Shown here: one piece after another, positions 1 to 9,100 of the stretch
Layout of the letters: every line of letters starts with the position of its first letter
How positions within the stretch are numbered: the first letter of the stretch is position 1
Virus record (IMG/VR): IMGVR_UViG_3300020161_000598
Span: 1-34,366 of that record
Strand: one strand, 5' to 3'
Origin: a virus
Taxonomy: Duplodnaviria; Caudoviricetes
DNA length: 34,366 nucleotides
Position numbers and translations under genes: made by a program
Notes under the pieces: model-generated
Database searches by the model: none
Told to the model about the DNA's origin: nothing
The model's input: only the letters and a program-made list of their open reading frames with translations

Positions 1-1
1 G

Positions 2-40
2 GGCGGACGTTTCCTCACAAATTCCGACCTATTTAACTAA
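2..40 (+). CDS. 3' end of upstream gene (partial; probably prohead protease/scaffold by position)
   Basis: Open frame GGRFLTNSDLFN ending in TAA at 38-40, directly before the capsid RBS. The product is inferred only from position. Confidence 0.5.
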   Translation, partial: GGRFLTNSDLFN

Positions 41-66
41 AACAAAATCACTAGGAGGTGAACAAT

Positions 67-1194
67 ATGTCAGAAACAACAAACACAGAGCTCCAAAAGT
101 CTTTTAATCATCCCACAGGTGATGGCGTTGCCGTATCAGGTGGAATTGGTGGTGCAGTAGCACGAGGACCTCTTGGAAATCTAACTCCAGCAGAGTCACT
201 TGGTAACATTGCCACAGCAAACTTTGGAGTAACAACAGGCGCAAACGCAGTAAACCCATCAGGTACACCAGGTGGTATCCTTGCACCAGAACAGGCTCGT
301 CGCTTCATTGATTATGTATGGGATGCAACTGTACTAGCCAAGGATGGTCGTAGAGTTACAATGCGTGCTAACACAATGGAACTTGAGAAGGTCAACGTTG
401 GAGAGCGTGTCATCCGTGCAGCAGCACAGGCACAACCTACATTTACAAATGCAGGTGCAACATTCTCTAAGGTAGAACTTACAACCAAGAAGATTCGTCT
501 TGACTGGGAAGTTTCAACAGAAGCACTTGAAGATAATATTGAAGGCGCAGCACTTGAAGATCATCTAGTTCGCTTGATGACAAATGCATTCGCAAACGAT
601 ATTGAAGACCTTGCTATTAATGGCGATGGTTCAACAGGCGACTTCCTTTCAATCATGGAAGGTTTCGTAAATCGTGTTAAGACTGATGGAGATGCACACG
701 AGTCAATCGTTACTGTATCAAACAATGCATGGACACCAGAAGTTATGCAGGACATCATTCTAGCAATGCCACGTAAGTACCGTGCAATCAAGAACAACCT
801 AAAGTTCTACGCAGGTACAGATGCATTCCAGGGAATCGTTAAGAATAACGGTACACTGGCTGATGCAGTTGCTGAAGCATTTGCAGGACAGATCGCAGGA
901 TCAACACAGGCTAATCGTCAGGCTTACCTAGATGGTGGAGCTCAGACATTTGGTGGAGCACGTACAACACGTGTTCTTGGTGTTGACGTACAGGAAGTTC
1001 CATACTACCCAGCAGGTTATGTAGATCTTACATTCCCTTCAAACCGTGTATGGGGATTCCAGCGTGATATCACTGTAAACCGTACTTACCAGCCAAAGAA
1101 AGATACAATTGAATACACAGTATTCGTTCGTTTCGGTCTTCAATGGGAAGAGCTTGATGCAGTTGCTTACGCAGATGCAGCATCAGAATCATAA
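67..1194 (+). CDS. major capsid protein (HK97-fold type)
   Basis: GGILAPEQARRFIDYV motif, ELTTKKIRLDWEVSTEALEDNIEG and DIEDLAINGDG are typical of HK97-like capsid proteins. Strong RBS GGAGGTG at 54-60 favours ATG 67 over GTG 58. Followed by a terminator-like hairpin. Confidence 0.92.
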   Translation: MSETTNTELQKSFNHPTGDGVAVSGGIGGAVARGPLGNLTPAESLGNIATANFGVTTGANAVNPSGTPGGILAPEQARRFIDYVWDATVLAKDGRRVTMRANTMELEKVNVGERVIRAAAQAQPTFTNAGATFSKVELTTKKIRLDWEVSTEALEDNIEGAALEDHLVRLMTNAFANDIEDLAINGDGSTGDFLSIMEGFVNRVKTDGDAHESIVTVSNNAWTPEVMQDIILAMPRKYRAIKNNLKFYAGTDAFQGIVKNNGTLADAVAEAFAGQIAGSTQANRQAYLDGGAQTFGGARTTRVLGVDVQEVPYYPAGYVDLTFPSNRVWGFQRDITVNRTYQPKKDTIEYTVFVRFGLQWEELDAVAYADAASES

Positions 1195-1207
1195 TATTTG
1201 ATTCCAA

Positions 1208-1242
1208 GACAAGGAGGGTAGAGAGATCTGCCCTCCTTTGTC
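1208..1242 (+). terminator. stem-loop after capsid gene, probable intrinsic terminator
   Basis: GACAAGGAGGGTAGA-GAGA-TCTGCCCTCCTTTGTC: long stem (one G-U pair, one bulge) with a GNRA tetraloop, 14 nt after the capsid stop. The U tail is weak. Confidence 0.7.
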
Positions 1243-1248
1243 ATATTC

Positions 1249-1257
1249 TGATATAAT
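1249..1257 (+). promoter_or_regulatory. extended -10 promoter TGaTATAAT
   Basis: Perfect TGnTATAAT just after the hairpin and upstream of RBS GGAGG (1264-1268) and ATG 1274. Confidence 0.65.
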
Positions 1258-1273
1258 AGCAGTGGAGGATACA

Positions 1274-1612
1274 ATGTCATTAATTGAAGATTTAAAAAGT
1301 AAAACCGTGTTTGAGTTAAAGTCATATGCGAAGAAAAATAACATTGACCTATTTGGGGTAAGTACAAAAAATGATATTTTAGAAGTAATATTTAGCTTTG
1401 TTCCTAAAGAGTCATCAAAGATAGTAGTTAGCAAGCCAGAGCCAACAGAAAAGGTAGCAATCTATTCGGTTCGTAACCTTAGCTGGAATGGTGTTGGTGA
1501 ACTAACCAGGGGGTATAACATAGTCACTAAGGAGGATGCTGATAAATGGATAACAAACAAGTCTGTACGCACAGCTTCTCCAGAAGAAGTGAAGAGAGCA
1601 TACGGTAAGTAA
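1274..1612 (+). CDS. hypothetical protein with N-terminal Rho-N/HeH-like helical motif
   Basis: RBS GGAGG precedes ATG 1274; the ORF track start at 1238 overlaps the terminator and promoter. LKSKTVFELKSYAKKNNIDL...KNDILEVI resembles Rho N-terminal/LEM-like motifs. Confidence 0.7.
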   Translation: MSLIEDLKSKTVFELKSYAKKNNIDLFGVSTKNDILEVIFSFVPKESSKIVVSKPEPTEKVAIYSVRNLSWNGVGELTRGYNIVTKEDADKWITNKSVRTASPEEVKRAYGK

Positions 1613-1615
1613 ACC

Positions 1616-2578
1616 ATGGAAGCCTTAAGAGTCCCACCATATCCTATTCTTGTTACCTATACCGTTGCAGAGCCAAACACGGATCATATAGTAGAAATCA
1701 AAGACAAAGATAGAAACGACATACTTGCAGAGTACGAAGTAGAGTCATCTGCAGACTCAAAAATTTCTATAGAGATTGCTGGAGATTTAACTAAGTATGA
1801 TGACAGCTATTATTTAGTTGTTTATCAGGAAACAGTAGACCAAGACTCAATAGTTGTTGAAGATAATTTAGAAATAAGAAGACCTTATGTGGACCCTAAC
1901 AAACTAGGAACAACAGCCTCTGAGGTTGCAGAATATGCTAAATATGAAAGAATTGCAAGAGCAATAATTGATTCAGTAACGGGTGGACTTTATTATACTG
2001 TTGAGTGGATTGATCAAGTTGGGCAAGGAACAGATTATCTTCCTATCTGGCAAAGAGCTTATAAAATTTTACAGGCATATGAAAATTCAGAACTGGTTTA
2101 TGATTCAAGCTTAGAGAGTCCCGTTCTTGGTGAATGGTCATACGTATTCACAAAAGATAAGACTGCTATTATTAAAAATGCAGCAACACCAGGATTAATT
2201 GGAAACAGATCTGAGCAAAAGGGTTTAAACCTTCACGTTGCCCCATCAGATTCATTTAATGTTTATGATACAGACTATAGCGAAAATGCATATACATTCT
2301 CAACTGGAGCAGCTTTCCCAGAAGGATGGGACTACCTGTTACTACTTGAAACGGGATACAAGGTTATTCCTCATGATATATATGAAGCAGCACTAATGCT
2401 TATTGACGATATCAAGTGTGGCAAAATAGATTATTACAAGAGATACGTAACATCATATAATACTGAACAGTTTAGAATTCAGTTTGATAAGACAGTTTTA
2501 GACGGTACTGGAAATATGCTTGTTGACAAGATTCTTGATAAATATAAGAAGAGTATAACAAGAATCGGTATTCTTTAA
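1616..2578 (+). CDS. putative head-tail adaptor (head completion protein)
   Basis: 320-aa ORF downstream of the capsid gene. ARAIIDSVTG and TGYKVIPHDIYEAALMLI resemble SPP1 gp15/HK97 gp6-like adaptors; synteny agrees. Confidence 0.65.
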   Translation: MEALRVPPYPILVTYTVAEPNTDHIVEIKDKDRNDILAEYEVESSADSKISIEIAGDLTKYDDSYYLVVYQETVDQDSIVVEDNLEIRRPYVDPNKLGTTASEVAEYAKYERIARAIIDSVTGGLYYTVEWIDQVGQGTDYLPIWQRAYKILQAYENSELVYDSSLESPVLGEWSYVFTKDKTAIIKNAATPGLIGNRSEQKGLNLHVAPSDSFNVYDTDYSENAYTFSTGAAFPEGWDYLLLLETGYKVIPHDIYEAALMLIDDIKCGKIDYYKRYVTSYNTEQFRIQFDKTVLDGTGNMLVDKILDKYKKSITRIGIL

Positions 2579-3024
2579 TGCAATGCGAGCCAACAGACTT
2601 TGTGTACCCAATGCTTGCAGATGTCTACTATCCAATAGTGGATCAGGGAGCCTACGGTAATGTAAAAAAGCAGTGGATTCTTGATAGATCTATTGCTTGT
2701 AACTTTGCTCCAACTGGACAGTCTACAACTGAAGAAGTAAAGCCAAATGTAAATATTACAAAAGAAAATATATTATTAGGAAGAACTAAGACAGACCTTA
2801 GAGTATCTTTATCAAACAACAGAAATTCAGTAACTAACGTAGTTGTAACAAATATAAGAACACCACAACAAGAAGACGTATACCTAGAGACATCTGGCCC
2901 AAGAAATGGAAGATCAACTATATATGAAATAGCATCAACTGAAGCTATAGTTGGACCATTTGGTAGTGTTGAGTATTACAAGGTAGTCTTGAGACGTTCA
3001 GAGAATCAGGCAAGTGACCTATAA
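2578..3024 (+). CDS. putative head closure/stopper protein
   Basis: 148 aa, TAATG-coupled to both neighbours. Size, beta-rich sequence and position fit SPP1 gp16-like proteins. Confidence 0.6.
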   Translation: MQCEPTDFVYPMLADVYYPIVDQGAYGNVKKQWILDRSIACNFAPTGQSTTEEVKPNVNITKENILLGRTKTDLRVSLSNNRNSVTNVVVTNIRTPQQEDVYLETSGPRNGRSTIYEIASTEAIVGPFGSVEYYKVVLRRSENQASDL

Positions 3025-3695
3025 TGAAAGTTATAATGAATAATACTGCCTTTAAAAAAGATATGAAAAATATAATGAACTATTCAATTGGGTTTTTAGA
3101 TGGTGTACAACTAGGAAAAACAAAATTTTTAAATAATGTTGGATCAATGACAAAAGAAATATTAGAGCAATATATTGACTCAAATGCCAGGGTAAATCCA
3201 AAAGCACTACACCATATGTACGAATGGTATAAAGTGGGAAGTCCTGATGCACGTCTATATAATATAAACTATACTATAAGCAACCTTGGCCTTTCGTTTG
3301 TGTCAACAATGAAGCAATCAACATCAATTAAGGATGGCTCATCAGTACCTTTTTATAATAAGGCTAAAATAATGGAAGAAGGCACTCCAGTAACCATAAG
3401 ACCAACAAAGGCAAACGCATTGGTTTTTGAAGATGGTGGAGAAACAGTCTTTACTAAAGGCGAGGTTGTAGTACAGTCACCTGGTGGAACAGCAACAAAG
3501 GGTTCTTTTGAAAGCATAATGGATACATTTTTTAATAGATATTTTACTCAAGCATTTTTAAAATCAAGCGGAATGTATCAACACCTAAGCAACGCTGATG
3601 TATATAAAAAGAATATGTTGGCAGGAAAATCTTCTGGAAAGATTAAAGGGCAGCAAGTTGGATATAAATGGATAGTGAATGTGTGGATTAGATAA
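3024..3695 (+). CDS. putative neck/tail completion protein (HK97 gp10-like position)
   Basis: 223 aa, basic. KAKIMEEGTPVTIRPTKANALVF motif; lies between stopper and terminator-type genes. Confidence 0.55.
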   Translation: MKVIMNNTAFKKDMKNIMNYSIGFLDGVQLGKTKFLNNVGSMTKEILEQYIDSNARVNPKALHHMYEWYKVGSPDARLYNINYTISNLGLSFVSTMKQSTSIKDGSSVPFYNKAKIMEEGTPVTIRPTKANALVFEDGGETVFTKGEVVVQSPGGTATKGSFESIMDTFFNRYFTQAFLKSSGMYQHLSNADVYKKNMLAGKSSGKIKGQQVGYKWIVNVWIR

Positions 3696-4279
3696 TGGCT
3701 AATAACTCAACCTTAAATACTCCAGTTCTTTGGATTAACAAGTATTTAGAAGAAAAAATATTGGGCATGACTGGTATTGACAAGATTCCTTTTTTCCCAT
3801 CAACACCATCTACTGTAGATAACCTTACAGAAATGTTTCCTACAGGTGGAGTTATGGCAACTTGGGACCGACTAATAAAAATGAATCGCAAAGGATTTCC
3901 ACACATTAAGTGTGAGCAGTTATTATATTATTTTTATGCAACAGCAGAAAATACAATAGAAAATATGGTACAGGTTCAAGAGTCTGTTTTAAGACTAATG
4001 GATCGCTTTGATGAAACAGCAGAAGAAATAAACAACTGGTGCTCTAATAGACAGATAAATCTAGGAACAGACCAGAGCCCAAACTTAATAGATAACATGT
4101 TCTACTTCCACAATTTTAGGGTATACCAACTTGAGGAGACAAGAGACATAATTGATTTTGGCACAGCCAGGACCTACGGAGGTAACAAGATAATCATTGA
4201 CTTTGACTATCACCCTATGAAAGAGTTAACATCTAGAGACTGGCAGCCTGAGAAGCTAGCCACAAAAATTATCCTATAA
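3695..4279 (+). CDS. putative tail terminator protein
   Basis: 194 aa, TAATG-coupled, immediately before the tail tube gene. Function inferred from synteny. Confidence 0.55.
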   Translation: MANNSTLNTPVLWINKYLEEKILGMTGIDKIPFFPSTPSTVDNLTEMFPTGGVMATWDRLIKMNRKGFPHIKCEQLLYYFYATAENTIENMVQVQESVLRLMDRFDETAEEINNWCSNRQINLGTDQSPNLIDNMFYFHNFRVYQLEETRDIIDFGTARTYGGNKIIIDFDYHPMKELTSRDWQPEKLATKIIL

Positions 4280-4284
4280 AACAG

Positions 4285-4293
4285 TGTTATAAT
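4285..4293 (+). promoter_or_regulatory. extended -10 promoter TGtTATAAT
   Basis: Perfect TGnTATAAT in the intergenic gap upstream of the tail tube gene. Confidence 0.65.
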
Positions 4294-4354
4294 TGTTTTG
4301 AGGAAACACAACGCCGTACAACTAAATATCTACTTAACAGAAAGAGGTACAGAA

Positions 4355-4990
4355 ATGCCGTATACACGCGGAACGTCCAACAACATCATCGTTGGAGCAG
4401 CAGCACTTTTTATTGCAGATGAAACTTTAACTCCAAACACACTGGAGACAGCAAATGCAAATAAGTCATTCAGAGAGACATTAGCTGATGACGCAGGCTA
4501 CACAAACGTAGGTTACACAATGAACGGTCTTGAATTGCAGTTCCAGCCTGACTTCGGTGAAGTACAGGTTGACCAAATTCTTGACGTTGCTAAGCTATAC
4601 AAGCAAGGAATGCAAGTTAACCTTGCAACAGCATTTGCAGAAGCAACACTAGAAAATCTTCTATTAGCTTTAGCATATGGCGATTCAAAGCTATCAGGCA
4701 GTGCAACTACAAGTACAGGAAAGACTCTTAACCTTTCAGCTGGAGACATTGGAGAATGCCCAGTAGAACGTGGTATCGTTGCAGTAGGCCCAGGCACAGG
4801 TGACTGTGTTGACTCTGCATACGTAGAGCGTATTTACACAGCATACCGTGCACTCTCAATTGAGAATGTAACAGTATCTGCAAAGCGTGAAGAAGCTTCA
4901 ATGTTTGAAGTTTCATTCCGTCTACTTCCAGAAGATGGTTCAGGATCATACGGTAAGATTGTTGACCGTACATGGGCTCCAGCTTCATAA
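4355..4990 (+). CDS. major tail (tube) protein
   Basis: RBS AAAGAGGT before ATG 4355. NIIVGAAALF, VGYTMNGLELQFQPDFGEVQVDQ and LAFAEATLENL-type motifs (here TAFAEATLENL) are typical of siphovirus tail tubes. Followed by a terminator. Confidence 0.85.
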   Translation: MPYTRGTSNNIIVGAAALFIADETLTPNTLETANANKSFRETLADDAGYTNVGYTMNGLELQFQPDFGEVQVDQILDVAKLYKQGMQVNLATAFAEATLENLLLALAYGDSKLSGSATTSTGKTLNLSAGDIGECPVERGIVAVGPGTGDCVDSAYVERIYTAYRALSIENVTVSAKREEASMFEVSFRLLPEDGSGSYGKIVDRTWAPAS

Positions 4991-5011
4991 TATAACTTAA
5001 CAATACAGCTT

Positions 5012-5047
5012 AGCCCATCTCATAACGAGGTGGGCTTCGTTGTTTTT
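5012..5047 (+). terminator. intrinsic terminator after tail tube gene
   Basis: AGCCCATCTC-ATAAC-GAGGTGGGCT 10-bp stem (one G-U pair) followed by TCGTTGTTTTT. Confidence 0.8.
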
Positions 5048-5048
5048 A

Positions 5049-5057
5049 TGGTAAACT
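5049..5057 (+). promoter_or_regulatory. variant extended -10 promoter TGgTAAACT, possibly giving a leaderless/near-leaderless mRNA
   Basis: TGn-TAnnnT ends 9 nt before ATG 5067, with no Shine-Dalgarno in between. Confidence 0.45.
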
Positions 5058-5066
5058 TAGTAGACT

Positions 5067-5783
5067 ATGGCAACATCAATATATAAAACAAAAAACATCT
5101 ATTTATTTGACGGTACAGAGATACAGATAATGCCTCTTAAAATTAAATATCTTAGAGAGTTTATGGATGTATTTAACAACATAAAGCAAACATCAAATGA
5201 TGATGAATCAATGATGGTTTTATTAGAGTGTGCAAGAATTGCAATGAAACAATATTATCCTCAAATATCTAAAAACCTAGAAGATCTTGAAGATAACATA
5301 GATTTGCCAACAGTTCATGAAATTTTAGAGATTGCTGCAAATATAAAAATAGGTGAAGATTCAGAAGAAAGCATAAAAACTCAAGCACAAAGCAGCGAGG
5401 CTGGTCCAACATGGGAAGACTTTGATTTAGCAAAACTTGAATCAGAAGTGTTTTTGCTGGGCATATGGAAAGATTATAGTGAACTAGAAATCTCTATATC
5501 CTTACCTGAGTTATTTGCAATAATAGCAAGTAAAAGAGAGTTAGACTTCCAAGAAAAGAAATTTTTTGCAGCAATTCAAGGTGTTGATTTAGAAGGCGGA
5601 TCAGAACCTGAAAGAGGACAAAAGGAATGGGAAAACTTAAAGGCTAGAGTATTTAGTGGTGGTGCAACATCTGACAGCAATGACATTCTAGCATTACAAG
5701 GACAAAATGCAAAAAAGGCAGGATTTGGAATTGGCATGGGTCTTGATTATGAAGACGCAAGAGACCCTTCTGTCATGGTATAA
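5067..5783 (+). CDS. tail assembly chaperone, long form (gpGT-like)
   Basis: Lies between tail tube and TMP. The first ~100 aa are paralogous to 5811..6134; there is an extra ~135-aa C-terminal domain. Confidence 0.7.
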   Translation: MATSIYKTKNIYLFDGTEIQIMPLKIKYLREFMDVFNNIKQTSNDDESMMVLLECARIAMKQYYPQISKNLEDLEDNIDLPTVHEILEIAANIKIGEDSEESIKTQAQSSEAGPTWEDFDLAKLESEVFLLGIWKDYSELEISISLPELFAIIASKRELDFQEKKFFAAIQGVDLEGGSEPERGQKEWENLKARVFSGGATSDSNDILALQGQNAKKAGFGIGMGLDYEDARDPSVMV

Positions 5784-5784
5784 T
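5776..5784 (+). promoter_or_regulatory. extended -10 promoter TGgTATAAT overlapping the upstream stop codon
   Basis: Perfect TGnTATAAT that includes the TAA at 5781-5783, followed by RBS AGGGAGGG and ATG 5811. Confidence 0.6.
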
Positions 5785-5810
5785 TGATATGAACCTAGGG
5801 AGGGATCAAA

Positions 5811-6134
5811 ATGGCAACAACTGTGCATGAAGCGCATAAAGTCAAACTAATTGATGGTACAGAAATAACCTTAAGACCGCTTAAGATTTCACTTTTACGA
5901 AAGTTTATGAAAAAGTTTGAGGGTATTGCAGCAGTAGTAGATGATAACGACAAGTCAATCAATCTACTAATGGAGTGTGTACTAATCGCAATGGAACAAT
6001 ATAAACCAGATTTAGCAGCAGATATTTCTGCGCTTGAGGAAAATATTGATCTACCAACTGTGTATGAAATTGTTGAAACTGCATCAGGAATTAAGCTTTC
6101 TGAAGCATCATCAATTTTTGGCGCTGACGAATAA
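5811..6134 (+). CDS. tail assembly chaperone, short form (gpG-like)
   Basis: 107 aa directly before the TMP. Shares DGTEI..PLKI..LR.FM, EC..IAM.QY.P and LE.NIDLPTV.EI.E.A..IK with 5067..5783. Confidence 0.72.
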   Translation: MATTVHEAHKVKLIDGTEITLRPLKISLLRKFMKKFEGIAAVVDDNDKSINLLMECVLIAMEQYKPDLAADISALEENIDLPTVYEIVETASGIKLSEASSIFGADE

Positions 6135-6160
6135 TATAACTAAATAAAGAGGTGTTATGA

Positions 6161-9100
6161 ATGGCTGATGTTCAGTCTAATATTAAGGTAAGTATTGATA
6201 CTACTGAAGCACTTGCTAGTATCAAAAATTTACAAAGACAGATATCAGCCTTTCATACCTCCATGGCTAAGGGCGGTGCTGCAGCAAATGCAGTCACTTC
6301 CCAGATGCAACAAAACTTAATTAATTCAGTTAATGCTACAGGCAAGTTCTCTGCCCAAATGAGAACCATTAAAACAACCACAGAATCTTTTACAAGTTCT
6401 TTAGAAAAAAACAAATTCTCCATGGGAGAATACTTCAGGTATGCTGGAGGTGCATCAAAAACTTTTGGCAGGCTTTTTAAAAGTGAGTTTGAAACAATAA
6501 ATAAAGTAGCAAGAGAAAATGTAAAAGACCTTCAAACACAATATATTAAGATGGGCCGTGATGCTAACGGTGCAATGAGGGCAATTGCTGTAAGACCTCT
6601 TTCTCTTGATATGAATGATCTTGCAACAAAAACAATGATTGCTTCCCAGAAACAAGCAATTCTTAATCAATTATTAAAACAAGGCTCTACAAATCTTTTA
6701 AACTTTGGTAAAAATACACAGTGGGCTGGTCGTCAGCTTATGGTTGGTTTTACAATACCACTTATGGCACTTGGAGCTGCTGCATCAAAAACCTTTATGG
6801 ATATGGAAACACAGGCTATACGCTTTAAAAAGGTTTATGGAGATTTATTTACGTCAACAAAAGAAAGTACTGCAGCACTAGAAGAAATAAAACTTCTTGG
6901 TAAAGAGTTTACAAAGTATGGCATTGCAGTAAAAGATACAGTAGGTTTAGCAGCAGAAGCTGCAGCAGCAGGCTTTAAAGGAGTTGACCTTCAAAGACAA
7001 ACAGCAGCAGCAACAAGGCTTTCTGTTTTGGGTCAAGTTGAAAGCCAAAAAGCACTTGAAACTACAATCGCATTGCAAAATGCATTCTCAATGTCATCTC
7101 AAGATTTAGCAACAAATATTGACTTTCTTAACGCAGTAGAAAACCAGACAGTATTATCACTTGATGACATGGCAACTGCAATTCCAAAGGCAGCACCAGT
7201 TATTCAACAGCTTGGTGGAGATGTTAAAGATCTAGCATTCTTTATGACTGCAATGAAGGAAGGTGGAATTAACGCATCAGAAGGTGCTAATGCACTTAAG
7301 TCTGGTCTTGCTTCTATGATTAACCCAACTGGAAAAGCAGCAGCAATGCTTAACAGTCTTGGTATTAATATAAAAAAGATTGTTGTAGATAATAAGGGTG
7401 ACTTAAAGAAAACAGTTATTGATTTTGCAACAGCTTTAAATGAACTTGACCCTCTTAATAGAGCACAAGCAATTGAGCAAATGTTTGGTAAGTTTCAGTT
7501 TGCTCGTTTATCTACTTTATTTGCAAACGTAACAAAAGAAGGAACTCAAGCATCACGTGTACTTGACCTAGCTGGATCATCAATTCAAGAACTTGCAGCG
7601 TTGTCAGAAAAAGAATTAGGCATGACTTCACAGTCTGCAATGAACAAGTTTAAAGCATCTGTTGAAAATCTTAAGCTATCACTAGTTCCAGTAGGAGAAG
7701 AATTTTTAAAGGCAGTAACTCCAATTGCTGAGTTTGTCACAAAAATTTTAGATAAGTTTAATAATCTTGGAGATGGAACAAAAAAGGTTATTGTTACATT
7801 AACAGCAATAGTCGCAGGTCTTGGTCCAGTATTGCTTATGACGTTTGGTTTGCTTATGAATGGGCTTGCAAATATAATTAAGGGCTTTACATTTATGAAG
7901 TCTTTATTTAATAAGACTGGTCAAGCATCTACAACTCTAGGAACTGAAGTTAAGTATCTGAATACAGAGCAAAGGAATGCTGCTGCAGTTGCAGCTTCTC
8001 TTGATCAAGTTCATAAAAAGTTAGCACAAACATTTACTGCTGAAGCAGCATCAGTTGATGCACTAACAAGAGCCTATCAAAGATCTGTGGCTGCTCAATC
8101 TATGTTCATGCCAACTAGAGTTCCACTTACCATGAATCTACCTACTAAGAGAGCAAAGGGAAAGCCTGCAGTTGTTGGCGGTACAGGCAATAAGGATTCA
8201 GAACTAGCATTACTAATGCCTGGAGAAACAGTAATTCCAAAAAAGATGAGCAAGAAGTATGGATCTCTTATTAATGGAATGATTGCTGGAAGCATTCCTG
8301 GGTATGAATTTGGAAAGACATCAATATTTCCTTTTGGAGGAAAAGATTTTAATATTTCAGAGAGATCATTACCAGGTGTACAGAGAATTATTACAGAAGC
8401 ACAATCATTAAGTGGAGTAATAGGAAACATTGATGATGTAATTTTTACATCCTTAGATAGACTTTCTACTGAGGTTGGAGGATCTGCAAAAATAACAGCT
8501 GGAAAACTTCAAGCAGCACTTTCTCCAATTACAGATTTAGCAAGAAGCACTTATGCAAAACAACAATCTTATAGTGGAAATGCAGGAGTCGTTATGGCTC
8601 ATGGACTTCCAAAAACTACGCTAACACCAGAACAAATTACAGGTCTTGAAGGGCTAAGCACAGGAACTAATTTTGGACCAAGACTAGCAAATAGATCTGG
8701 TGGTCCAGTAACTGGATTAAGCAATATGGTATTTCCAATGCCAGCTGGATTTAATCAAGACAGAATGACTGGAGCAGAGGGTGCACAGTGGATAGGACAA
8801 AATAGATCAAGGTTTACTTCAGATATAGCTGCTCAAGCAGGACTTGATCCTAATGATCCAGATTTGCTTAGGTTTGGAACTGCAGTTGGAAAATCATTAA
8901 AATCTGCAGCACATAGAGGTGTAATTGTAACTCAAGATGATTTTGAAAAAATTATTAGTGACGCATTAGAAAAAGAAATATTTGATGTTGGAAAAAATAC
9001 TTCTACTGCAGTTAAAACAGCATTTGCAGATGCTAAAAAAGTTTCTACAATAATGTATCCAGAAGTATCTAAAGCAAGTGGAAGAGAATCTTACCCTAGA

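Noticed and set aside
6110-6134. Possible slippery site ATTTTTGG at the end of the short chaperone gene
   Set aside because: The -1 frame hits TGA within three codons, and only 26 nt separate the gene from the TMP start, so there is no room for a T extension.
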